Shown: positions 1 through 8,586 of the stretch, piece after piece
Numbering within the stretch: position 1 is the stretch's first letter
Layout of the letters: every line of letters starts with the position of its first letter
DNA from: Vulcanimicrobiota bacterium
Lineage (GTDB): Bacteria > Vulcanimicrobiota > Vulcanimicrobiia > Vulcanimicrobiales > Vulcanimicrobiaceae
Reading direction: 5' to 3'
DNA: 64,000 nucleotides
NCBI GenBank assembly: GCA_963733295.1
Contig: CAVTCS010000003.1
Span: 2,496,001-2,560,000, forward strand
Notes under the pieces: generated by a model
Databases searched by the model: none
What the model saw: only the letters and a program-made list of their open reading frames with translations
What the model was told of the DNA's origin: nothing
Translations under genes and position numbers: made by a program

Positions 1-339
1 CTCAAGACCTTTGCGGATGCCCTCGGCGGCGCACTCAACCGCCAAGGCAAGATCGCGGACGATCTGAACGGTCTGCTCGCATACCTTGACTACCAGGAGC
101 TGCGCGGTTCTTCGTTCGGTGACTCGGATAATATGCCGTCGCCTTCCTTGGATGCGAGTGGGTCCGCCGGACAATCGCCCGCGGTCGGCGAACAGCACGG
201 CGGCAGCTCTTTCGAGCATGCCACCCCGAACGTGCTCTTGATTTCGGCCGCTGCTGACTATCAGGCTCGGATGCCCGAGGTCCAGAAGGACGAGGCCAAA
301 GCCGCGGATCACAGCGAAGGAGCCGTCTCCGGCTGCTGA
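1..339 (+). CDS. hypothetical protein, 3' part (truncated by window edge)
   Basis: Frame 1 is open from base 1 (LKTFADALGGALNRQGKIADDLNG...) to TGA at 337-339, ending AVSGC. Confidence 0.65.
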   Translation, partial: LKTFADALGGALNRQGKIADDLNGLLAYLDYQELRGSSFGDSDNMPSPSLDASGSAGQSPAVGEQHGGSSFEHATPNVLLISAAADYQARMPEVQKDEAKAADHSEGAVSGC

Positions 340-413
340 ACTCGGACGCAGCGGTTTCGCCTCCCCGGTAGTCGTTGTCGCCTCCCCCCTCGGCTCTGTA
401 CACTGGTAACGCT

Positions 414-1349
414 TTGAAGTTGTTTCGTGCCCTCGCGGTGACCGGCGTGAGTCTCGCGGTCGCGCTAGTCGTCCTAGGCAGTTGGGTGCGGATCAACGGC
501 GCCGGGCTGGCATGCCCCGACTGGCCACTTTGCCACGGGAAGCTGATACCGCCCTTAGAAGGCGGCGTCATCCTCGAGTGGCTCCACCGCCTGGTCGCGC
601 TGCTCGAGGGCTTCGTGCTCGTTGCGGTGCTCGTCGCGGGTTGGCGCGTGCGCAGGGAGATCGCCGGCGTCTGGCCGACGCTCGTGGCCCTCGTGGTCAT
701 CTTTTTCGTCCAAGTGGGGCTCGGCGGGGCGACCGTCCTGCTCGGCAACAGTCCGCCCTCGGTCATGATCCACTGGGGAACCGCGATGGCGCTCCTCGCG
801 ACGCTGACCACCCTCGCAGTGCTCGCGATCTTGGCGCCGCAACCGGGAGCACCGCGAGCCGGAGCCGACCCGGTCGCAGTCGGTCTCGGGGTCGCCGCGC
901 TCTTCGTCTTCGCGACGGCTTGTCTGGGAGCGTACGTCAGCTCGAGCCAAGCCGGGCTCGCCTGCCCGGGAGTCCCCGCGTGTAACGGTACGCTGCTGGG
1001 TACGACAAGCGCACAAGCCTTGCAAATGTTCCATCGCCTGGCGGCAGGCACGGTCGTTCTGGCCGCGCTCGCTGCGGCAGCTGCCGCGCTGCGTAGCCGC
1101 TCGAACGCGGTTCGCACTTTCGCGTGCCTCGGTCTGGCGCTCGTCGCGCTGCAGATCGCGCTCGGCGCGCTCAACGTGCTGTGGGGCTTGCCCGTCGCGC
1201 TGCGTGAAGCGCACGCTGCGAACGCGACGCTGACCTTCCTCGCTTTCGTCATTGCCGCGGTGCTCGAAACGCTCGCACCCGCGCCGGAACTCAAAGCGTT
1301 CGCCGATCGTTCGCAGCGGCGCGCCGTCGGAATTCCACCGGCTCAGTGA
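414..1349 (+). CDS. ctaA: heme A synthase (COX15/CtaA family)
   Basis: GLACPDWPLCHG and EWLHR motifs, duplicated half (GLACPGVPACNG, FHR), multi-TM; upstream of ctaB; TTG start chosen. Confidence 0.9.
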   Translation: MKLFRALAVTGVSLAVALVVLGSWVRINGAGLACPDWPLCHGKLIPPLEGGVILEWLHRLVALLEGFVLVAVLVAGWRVRREIAGVWPTLVALVVIFFVQVGLGGATVLLGNSPPSVMIHWGTAMALLATLTTLAVLAILAPQPGAPRAGADPVAVGLGVAALFVFATACLGAYVSSSQAGLACPGVPACNGTLLGTTSAQALQMFHRLAAGTVVLAALAAAAAALRSRSNAVRTFACLGLALVALQIALGALNVLWGLPVALREAHAANATLTFLAFVIAAVLETLAPAPELKAFADRSQRRAVGIPPAQ

Positions 1350-2263
1350 GTTCGACGCTTTCGCGCCTCGACGGCAGCGTTCAGAGGCTCGCGACCGGTT
1401 GGCGCGGATTTCTCAGCGACTACTACGAGCTGACGAAGCCGCGCATCATCTACTTGCTCTTGATCACCACGCTGGCAGCGATGATCATGGCGGCGCGAGG
1501 CGTCCCCCCGCTCGGCTTGACGCTCCTGACGTTGCTCGGCGGCGCGCTCGCCGCCGGTTCGGCGGGAGCGTTCAATTGCGTGATCGATCGCGATATCGAT
1601 CGCATCATGACGCGCACGATGTTCCGGCCCGTGGCGACCGGACGAATCGCGCCGCTTGCGGCGCTCGTCTTCGCGACGATCACCGGCATCCTCGCCTTCG
1701 TGCTCTTTTACTTTTTCGTGAACCCGTTGGCGGCATGGTTCGCGCTCGCCGGCAACCTCTTCTACGTCTTCGTCTACACGCTCTGGCTCAAGCGCGCGAC
1801 CGCGCTCAACATCGTGATCGGTGGCGCGGCCGGGGCCGTTCCGCCGCTCGTCGGCTGGGCCGCCGTAACGCATACCGTGGGTGGTCCCGCCCTCGGTTTG
1901 TTCGCACTGATCTTCCTGTGGACGCCGCCGCACTTTTGGGCGCTCGCACTCATGACGAACACCGACTACGAGAAAGCCGGCGTGCCGATGCTACCGAACG
2001 TGCGCGGCGTCGCCTGGACGAAGCACGAGATCTTCGCGTACAGCGCCGTGATGGTCGGTGCTTCGCTCGCGCTGACACCGCTCGGCATCATGGGAGTTTG
2101 GTATTTCGTTCCCGCGCTCGTGTTGGGCACGATCTTTATGGTCGACGCGTGGAAGCTGTTCCGGGGTCCGGTCAAACCCCGCGCTCGCGCACTCTTCAAA
2201 TTCTCTCTGGTGTATCTTGCCCTGATGTGCGCGGCGATGGTGCTCGACCGCGTCCTCGGCTAA
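1346..2263 (+). CDS. ctaB: protoheme IX farnesyltransferase (heme O synthase)
   Basis: LTKPRI, NCVIDRDIDRIMTRTMFRP, NIVIGGAAGA, FLWTPPHFWALA, DY.KAGVPMLP motifs. Confidence 0.95.
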   Translation: MSSTLSRLDGSVQRLATGWRGFLSDYYELTKPRIIYLLLITTLAAMIMAARGVPPLGLTLLTLLGGALAAGSAGAFNCVIDRDIDRIMTRTMFRPVATGRIAPLAALVFATITGILAFVLFYFFVNPLAAWFALAGNLFYVFVYTLWLKRATALNIVIGGAAGAVPPLVGWAAVTHTVGGPALGLFALIFLWTPPHFWALALMTNTDYEKAGVPMLPNVRGVAWTKHEIFAYSAVMVGASLALTPLGIMGVWYFVPALVLGTIFMVDAWKLFRGPVKPRARALFKFSLVYLALMCAAMVLDRVLG

Positions 2264-2266
2264 ACA

Positions 2267-3691
2267 TTGACGACGGGAGCGTCCGCGCAGAACTCCGGCG
2301 CGCCGCGAACGTCGCTTGCGGGACACAGCTTCGACCGCTCGAACCTGCCGCTGCTCTTGACGCTCGCGCTCGGCGTGTTCGCCGGGGCCCTCGATCTCGG
2401 CGTCCTCTCGCCGGCGCTTCCGGCGATCGCGCATACCTTCGCGGTTGCCCCGCGCGACGTCGCGTGGGTCTTCACGCTGTACCTCTTTGCCAACGTCATC
2501 GCCATTCCGGTCATGTCGAAGCTTTCCGACAGCTACGGCCGGCGACCGATCTACGTTCTCTGCGTCTCGATCTTCGGACTCGGCAGCCTGCTCGCAATCG
2601 TCGCGCCGAGCTTCGAAATATTCTTGGTGGCGCGCGCCATTCAAGCGATCGGCGCGGGCGGAATCTTTCCGGTCGCGACCGCCGCGATCGCCGACCGCGT
2701 TCCGGTCGAGCGGCGCGGTTCGGCCCTCGGCCTGCTCGGAGCGATCTGGGGTCTGGCCGCGATCTTAGGGCCGAATCTGGGCGGCGTGCTCACCCACTTC
2801 TTTTCCTGGCACTGGATCTTCGCGGCGAACGTTCCGCTCGCGCTGGCCGTCATCGTGCTCGCGCAACGGAATTTGCCGGGGCCGGCAGCTCACCGGCGCG
2901 GTCCGCTCGACCTCGCCGGCATCGTCGTCTTGGCGATCGGCTTGCTGGGCACCATGATCGGCTTGACGCGGCTCGACGTGCACTCCGCGCGCTTCGGAAA
3001 CGGCATCGTGTTCGGCGCGCTGGCCGTCGCGCTGATCGCGTTTCTGGCCCTCGTTCCGATCGAGCGGCGCGCGCAGGAGCCGGTCATCGCACCCCGCCTG
3101 TTCGCGGGACGTCAGCTGAGCGTGACGTACGCGCTCGAGGTGTTGATCGGCTTGCTCGAAGGCGCGCTCTTCTTCATTCCGGCCGCTCTGGTCGCGGCTG
3201 CGGGATTGAACTACGCGGAGGCCGGCGCGATTTCGGCGATCGGCGCGCTGATGTTCGTAACGGTCATCCCGCTGGCGGGCCGCGCGCTCGACGCGTTCGG
3301 GAGCCGGGCGGTGCTCCTGAGCGGAGCCGTGCTCAGCGCGGCCGGGCTCGGACTCTTCGGCGTAACGCTGGCCTACCTGCCGGCGGCAATCTTCTCCATC
3401 GCACTCGCCGGCGTCGGATTCGGCGCGCTCCTGGGTGCGCCGACGCGCTACATCATCACGAACGAAGTCCCAAGCTCGATGCGCGCGACGGGTGTCGGCC
3501 TCCTGAGCGTCTTTCTGATCATCGGACAAATCTTCGGCGCTTCGCTTGCCGGCGGAATCGTCGGCACGAACATCGATGACGCGACCGGCTACCGCGACGC
3601 CTACCTGGCGTTCGCCGCCGTCGCGGTGCTCGCCGCGTTCTGTACGCTGGCGCTCCTCCCGCGCACTCGCGAACGCACCGCCGCGCGGTAA
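2267..3691 (+). CDS. MFS transporter, DHA2-like drug/metabolite efflux
   Basis: KLSDSYGRR motif A, ARAIQAIGAGG, ~14 hydrophobic segments. Confidence 0.88.
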   Translation: MTTGASAQNSGAPRTSLAGHSFDRSNLPLLLTLALGVFAGALDLGVLSPALPAIAHTFAVAPRDVAWVFTLYLFANVIAIPVMSKLSDSYGRRPIYVLCVSIFGLGSLLAIVAPSFEIFLVARAIQAIGAGGIFPVATAAIADRVPVERRGSALGLLGAIWGLAAILGPNLGGVLTHFFSWHWIFAANVPLALAVIVLAQRNLPGPAAHRRGPLDLAGIVVLAIGLLGTMIGLTRLDVHSARFGNGIVFGALAVALIAFLALVPIERRAQEPVIAPRLFAGRQLSVTYALEVLIGLLEGALFFIPAALVAAAGLNYAEAGAISAIGALMFVTVIPLAGRALDAFGSRAVLLSGAVLSAAGLGLFGVTLAYLPAAIFSIALAGVGFGALLGAPTRYIITNEVPSSMRATGVGLLSVFLIIGQIFGASLAGGIVGTNIDDATGYRDAYLAFAAVAVLAAFCTLALLPRTRERTAAR

Positions 3692-3714
3692 CTCCGGCCG
3701 AGCGCGCTGCTAGG

Positions 3715-4332
3715 ATGGCGACCCGGCGCGCCGAACCGACGGTGATGCCGCTCTACGCGAGAGAGTGCGAGCTGAGGCTCGCCCGTCGGCCCTGGACCAA
3801 ATCCGAGCGTCAGGTGGTACTGCACGGCTTCTTCGGACGCTCGCTCTTCGCGATCGAGCCGATCGTCTGCTTCGTCGTGTTCGCCGCGCTCACCGCAGGT
3901 CTCGTTTTCTTCCCGCTCTCGCCCGATGCTCGCTTGACGCGGTGGGAGGCGTCCATCGTCATCGCGCCCGTCTTCGGATTTGTGGCAGGTTGCTTTTTGA
4001 TCTACGCGGTCGCGGTGATGATCGCGCCCGTGCGCGCGCTCGCGCAAACGTTTTCGCCGATCTTCGTCGTCGACGGATACGTGCGTCATCGCAGACCCGA
4101 TCGCAATTCCGCCTTCGACTCGAACGGCTACGTGGCGGTGCTCAACGAAGAACGTCAAACGATCGCCGAGTGGCCGAGCATCGGTGAAGCCGCGATGCAC
4201 GACGCGGTGCGCCCTGCAATGGTCGAGTTCAGTTTCTTCGCCGGAATCCACAAGATCGACGGAAAGTCGACCGGCGTCATCCCCGAAGCGTATCCGCGTC
4301 CACTCGGAGGCAGCTACGCTCCACGGCGCTAG
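3715..4332 (+). CDS. hypothetical membrane protein (2 TM)
   Basis: 205-aa ORF with two hydrophobic helices, fills the gap; true start may be at 3742/3745. Confidence 0.7.
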   Translation: MATRRAEPTVMPLYARECELRLARRPWTKSERQVVLHGFFGRSLFAIEPIVCFVVFAALTAGLVFFPLSPDARLTRWEASIVIAPVFGFVAGCFLIYAVAVMIAPVRALAQTFSPIFVVDGYVRHRRPDRNSAFDSNGYVAVLNEERQTIAEWPSIGEAAMHDAVRPAMVEFSFFAGIHKIDGKSTGVIPEAYPRPLGGSYAPRR

Positions 4333-5006
4333 TGTCGCGCCGCAGAGGCCTGCACGAAGCGACGCACCAACGAGTCGACGTTCGTAATCGCGGTCCCCAC
4401 GACGACCGCTGCTGCGCCGGCAGAAAAGGCCTCGCGCACGTGGGCCGGAGCGGCGACGCCGCCCTCGCAGACCGCGAACGGGGAAAGGACCGCAAGCTGC
4501 GCGAGAAGATCGAGCGCAGGCAAAGCGTGCCCGCGGGTTTCCTCGGTGTAGCCCGCCAGCGTCGTCGCGAGCGCGTCGGCGCCGGCGGCGGCGGCGCGCT
4601 TTCCATCCTCCGGCGTCGCGCAATCGGCCAACGCCAGCGCTCCGGCGCGATGTGCCTCCGCGACGAGTTGCTCGACGCTCGCGGCGCCTTCGCGTGCGCG
4701 GCCGGTCGCGTCGAAAGCGATGAGCTCCGCGCCCGCAGCCGCGATGGCGCGAATGTCATCGAGACCGGGAGTGATGTAGACCGGCAAATCCGAGTGGGCG
4801 CGCTTGACCAGACCCACGATCGGGACGTCGACCGCCGCGCGCACCGCGCGGATTCGCTCGAGACCCTCGATCCGCACGCCCGCGGCGCCGTTCTGCACGG
4901 CGCAACGGGCTAAGAGCGCGATCGTCTGGGGCGTGTTGAGGACCGAATTCGGCTCGGCTTGAACCGAGACGATCAAGCCGCCGCGCAGGCGCGCTAAGAG
5001 GCTCAC
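4329..5006 (-). CDS. nanE: N-acetylmannosamine-6-phosphate 2-epimerase
   Basis: LIVSVQA, GAAGVRIEG, PIVGLVKR, YITP, ATTLAGYT, VVVGTAIT; GTG at 5006 overlaps the upstream TGA (GTGA). Confidence 0.9.
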   Translation of the reverse strand: MSLLARLRGGLIVSVQAEPNSVLNTPQTIALLARCAVQNGAAGVRIEGLERIRAVRAAVDVPIVGLVKRAHSDLPVYITPGLDDIRAIAAAGAELIAFDATGRAREGAASVEQLVAEAHRAGALALADCATPEDGKRAAAAGADALATTLAGYTEETRGHALPALDLLAQLAVLSPFAVCEGGVAAPAHVREAFSAGAAAVVVGTAITNVDSLVRRFVQASAARH

Positions 5007-5917
5007 GGCGCGCGCTCGCGCAGCGCGGGAGCGATTCCGGCAGCGCGGTACGCCAGGCGCAACGCGCCCAGCGCGGCGTCGTCGCGCGCTTCGACGACCG
5101 TCGCCTCCGGCAACGCGGCTTCGAGCTTGCGCGACCACGTTCGGCGCAGCGCTTCGCTCGCGGCGAAGAGGCCGCCGGCGCCGCACACCGCCCAGCGCTC
5201 CCCGCCCAAACGGTGCGCGACGAGAGCGGCCAGCTCGGCGAGCTCTTCCGCGGCCCTTTCGAGCAGGGAGACATCTTCGAGTGCCAGCGGCGCGAGCGCC
5301 GCAATCTGCGGGCGCACGATTTCGCCGTGAGCGAAGGCGTGTTGCACCGCGCGCAGCGTCGAGCGCTTCAGCTCGGCCAAGATCGCCTCGCGGCGCCGGT
5401 CATCGAGAGCGCCGGCATCTTCCGCGCGCATCGCTTTGCTCAGCGCATGCCGCCCGAGCCAGAATGCGCTGCCTTCGTCTCCCAAGAGAAAGCCCCAACC
5501 ACCGACTCGCAGTCGCGTACCGTCCGGCGCAACGCCGTAGGCGACGCTCCCCGTACCCGCGATGACGACGATGCCCGGGCCGCCGTCGAACGCAGCCGCG
5601 TGCGCCGCGAGCGTATCGTGGACGAAACCCAGCGCGCCGGCAGCGAGGTTCAGCGCCGGCGCGTTCGATTCGCCTTCGTCGTATCCGCTGAGCGCCGCAA
5701 CGACCGACGCGAAGGACGTCCCGGCGGGCAAGCCCGCGCGCGCCAGCGCACCGGCCAGCAACCCCTCGAGGACGCCGGCTTGACGGCGTGACGCGCGGGC
5801 TTCGCCGACGAGATCGGCGGGAGGCCCCGTGACGCGCGCCAGCACGGTACCGCTTTCATCGCCGAGAACCGCGCTACTCGACGTCTGGCCGCCGTCGATC
5901 CCGGCGAAAACGTTCAC
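5003..5917 (-). CDS. BadF/BadG/BcrA/BcrD-type N-acetylglucosamine-like sugar kinase
   Basis: GIDGGQT, IAGTGS, RVGGWGFLLGDEGSAFWLG motifs. Confidence 0.88.
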   Translation of the reverse strand: MNVFAGIDGGQTSSSAVLGDESGTVLARVTGPPADLVGEARASRRQAGVLEGLLAGALARAGLPAGTSFASVVAALSGYDEGESNAPALNLAAGALGFVHDTLAAHAAAFDGGPGIVVIAGTGSVAYGVAPDGTRLRVGGWGFLLGDEGSAFWLGRHALSKAMRAEDAGALDDRRREAILAELKRSTLRAVQHAFAHGEIVRPQIAALAPLALEDVSLLERAAEELAELAALVAHRLGGERWAVCGAGGLFAASEALRRTWSRKLEAALPEATVVEARDDAALGALRLAYRAAGIAPALRERAP

Positions 5918-6192
5918 GCGCGCAGCGCGTCTTCGAAATAGGCTCGATCGACGCCCGTTTCGGCCCGCGCGAACTCGTGCGCTTCCGTTTCGCCACAGGC
6001 AGGATGTCCGGCATGGAAGCGCTCGTGAGCCAACGCGTACGCGACGAAGCGTTCGGCCGCGGCCTCGCCCAAACGCGCCCGAACGAACTCGTACGCCGCG
6101 GCGTCGACGCGAATCGCCGCGCTTTCGGGATCGAACTCGGCGAGGAGCCGCGCGCTACCCCATTTGCCGAGATTCGCCAATTCGAGGTTCAC
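5914..6192 (-). CDS. small HExxH (zincin-like motif) protein
   Basis: 92-aa ORF coupled by GTGA overlaps at both ends; ALAHERFH...E..AHEFA motif. Confidence 0.65.
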   Translation of the reverse strand: MNLELANLGKWGSARLLAEFDPESAAIRVDAAAYEFVRARLGEAAAERFVAYALAHERFHAGHPACGETEAHEFARAETGVDRAYFEDALRA

Positions 6193-7586
6193 GTCGCAGC
6201 AGCCGCGTTGCGGCGCAGATCGACACCGTCGCGTTCGAGCTGCACGCGCAGTTCGCCGGCGTCGACGTCGCGCGGAGGTACGCCGTCGCGCACCGCGAGT
6301 GCGGCTGCGGTTCCTGCCGCTTGCCCGAGAGTCATCACGGTCGGCGTCAAGCGAGTCGAAGCGAGGGCCTCGTGCGTCGTGGAGATGCAACGCCCGGCCA
6401 CTAGCAAACCGTCGACGCGTTCGGGGACGAGGCAGCGGTAAGGAATCTCGTACGCCGTGCCGGGCGCCAAACGAAAGGTCGTCGTGCCGCTTCCGGAAGG
6501 GTTGTGGATGTCGATCGGATAGGCGCTACGGGCCACCGCATCTTCGAAGGTGCGAGCCGAGAGCACGTCGTCGCGCGTCAGCGTATAGGCGCCCACGATG
6601 CGGCGCGATTCGCGAATGCCGATTTGCGTTGCCGTGGCGGCGATCCGCGCCCGCTCGAAGCCCGGCACGTTGCGCCGGAAAAACTCGAAGAGCTGCGTGA
6701 CCTGCGCGCGCGCAGCGACTTCGGCGCGCGTGAGGTCGTCGGGATCCAGCGGATCGATGCCGACCACGCGCGTCATGTTGACGGTCACTTCGTCCGCATA
6801 CGGTGAGATGAAGAACGAAACGAGTTCGCGCGGCACGTCGACTTCGCCGCGCTCGCGGGCGGCGTCCCAAAGCTCGTACAGTCCCGCTACCGCACTCAGC
6901 GCAGCGGCGTTGCGTTCCTGCGGCGCCAAGCTCGTACGCATCTCGGCGGGATGCGCGCGCACGTAAGCCGCGGTCGCATCCAAGTCCACGTGGCTGAGAC
7001 GGAACATCAGGCTGGCCGGCTGCACGCGGCCGCGCTCGTCGCCTTGCTGCAGCGCGACGCCGGCCGAAGCGGCGACGAACGCGTCCGCCGTCGCGTCGAT
7101 CGTCAAGGCCGCCGCATACTCGCGAATACCGCCGACGGTGGCGAAGCGGGAGACGCGAACGCTGCCGTCGGGCGCGCAGCCGGCTTCGAGAAAGTACGCG
7201 TGCAACAACAGATCGACGCCCGCTTCGTCCATCATTTCGAAGAGCAGCGCTTTGTGCGCTTCGGGGTCGAACGGCGTGATCGTCGCGACGTAGTCGGAAG
7301 CGTCGCGGATGTGCCCGGGCGAAGCGCCACGCGCGACCAGCCGCTCGACCATCTCTTGTGCGATGCCGCCCACGATGCGCTCGCCGCCCGAGTGGAACGT
7401 CATCCAGGGACCGACCATCGCCGCGGTTGCGGTTCCGCCCAAGAAGCCGTAACGCTCGACCAGCAGCGTGCGAGCACCGTGGCGCGCAGCGGCCAGCGCC
7501 GCCGCACAGCCCGCATTGCCTCCACCCGCAACCAGCACGTCGTACGGCTCGCGCGCCACGCTGCTCGTCTTCCGATCGATCGGCAC
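6189..7586 (-). CDS. FAD-dependent oxidoreductase (FAD_oxidored family)
   Basis: DVLVAGGGNAG Rossmann motif, IDATADA, GIRESRRIVG, YEIPYRCLVP, LLVAGRCIS, GQAAGTAAA. Confidence 0.9.
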   Translation of the reverse strand: MPIDRKTSSVAREPYDVLVAGGGNAGCAAALAAARHGARTLLVERYGFLGGTATAAMVGPWMTFHSGGERIVGGIAQEMVERLVARGASPGHIRDASDYVATITPFDPEAHKALLFEMMDEAGVDLLLHAYFLEAGCAPDGSVRVSRFATVGGIREYAAALTIDATADAFVAASAGVALQQGDERGRVQPASLMFRLSHVDLDATAAYVRAHPAEMRTSLAPQERNAAALSAVAGLYELWDAARERGEVDVPRELVSFFISPYADEVTVNMTRVVGIDPLDPDDLTRAEVAARAQVTQLFEFFRRNVPGFERARIAATATQIGIRESRRIVGAYTLTRDDVLSARTFEDAVARSAYPIDIHNPSGSGTTTFRLAPGTAYEIPYRCLVPERVDGLLVAGRCISTTHEALASTRLTPTVMTLGQAAGTAAALAVRDGVPPRDVDAGELRVQLERDGVDLRRNAAAAT

Positions 7587-7644
7587 GCTTGACCGTTCGG
7601 CGCCCGCGCCGTTCAGGCATCGAAGGGAGGCGCCCGGCCGGAGT

Positions 7645-7664
7645 CATCGAACGTATGTTCGATG
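7645..7664. promoter_or_regulatory. LexA (SOS) box, Gram-positive/actinobacterial type
   Basis: Palindrome CATCGAAC-GTAT-GTTCGATG containing CGAAC-N4-GTTCG, overlapping the start of the radical SAM gene. Confidence 0.85.
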
Positions 7665-8564
7665 CGAGAAGTTCGCGTTGGAGGGGTCAGATGCGTCGAG
7701 ATCGAGGCCAAATCGATCCTCAATCGCGTGCGCGGAATGCCCTTCGGGTGGTCGATCAATCCGTACCGCGGCTGCTATCACGCTTGCGTTTTCTGCTACG
7801 CGCGCCGCACCCACGAGTTCCTCGAGCGAAACGGCATCGACGAGTGGAGCTCGCTCATCTCGGTAAAAGTGAACGCTCCCGCGGTGCTGCGCGCGGAGCT
7901 CGCGAGCCCGTCGTGGCGGGGCGAGCACGTCGCGATCGGAACCGCGACCGATCCCTATCAGCCGCTCGAGGGTAGCTATCGCATCACTCGTCGCATCCTC
8001 GCGGAGCTCGCGCGCGCCAGAACCCCCGCGCATCTTATCACGCGCTCGCCGCTCGTGATCCGGGACATCGACGTGTTGCGCGAACTTTCGGCAGCCGCCG
8101 GCATCAGCGTCTGCGTGAGCCTACCCACGCTCGATGCCGGCATCGCGCGCCGAATCGAGCCGACGGTCGCGCCGCCCGCGCAGCGTCTGCGCGCGGTCGC
8201 AACGCTCGCGCGAGCGGGCATCCGCACCGGCATCGCGATCGCTCCGGTGTTGCCCGGAATCACCGACGGAGAATCACAACTCCGCGCGGTCTACGTCGCC
8301 GCCGCAGCGGCCGGCGCGAGCTTCGCCCGGCACGGTCTCCTCAACCTCGGCGAGGTCGCGCGCGACTCGTACTTCGCATTTCTCGAGCGCGACCGTCCCG
8401 AGCTCGTGGAAGAGTACGAACGGCTCTATCGCGCAAAGTACGCGCCGCGCGAATTCACCAAGACGATCGCGACGCGCGCCGATGCGGCGCGTCGGGAAGT
8501 GCGTTTCGATCCGCCGCAGACGATCGGGGTACGGCCCCGACTCGTTCAACTCTCGCTCTTATGA
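7662..8564 (+). CDS. radical SAM protein, SPL/Rv2578c-like DNA-repair family
   Basis: SINPYRGCYHACVFCYAR (CxxxCxxC), GTATDPYQP, EP.VAPP..RL; C-terminal QLSLL. Confidence 0.9.
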   Translation: MREVRVGGVRCVEIEAKSILNRVRGMPFGWSINPYRGCYHACVFCYARRTHEFLERNGIDEWSSLISVKVNAPAVLRAELASPSWRGEHVAIGTATDPYQPLEGSYRITRRILAELARARTPAHLITRSPLVIRDIDVLRELSAAAGISVCVSLPTLDAGIARRIEPTVAPPAQRLRAVATLARAGIRTGIAIAPVLPGITDGESQLRAVYVAAAAAGASFARHGLLNLGEVARDSYFAFLERDRPELVEEYERLYRAKYAPREFTKTIATRADAARREVRFDPPQTIGVRPRLVQLSLL

Positions 8565-8586
8565 GCCGCCGGCGCGCACGCTGCTG

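Noticed and set aside
331..375. First ORF ends Gly-Cys-TGA, resembling a GCU selenoprotein tail
   Set aside because: No SECIS-like hairpin is evident downstream and there is no redox-fold context; treated as a normal stop
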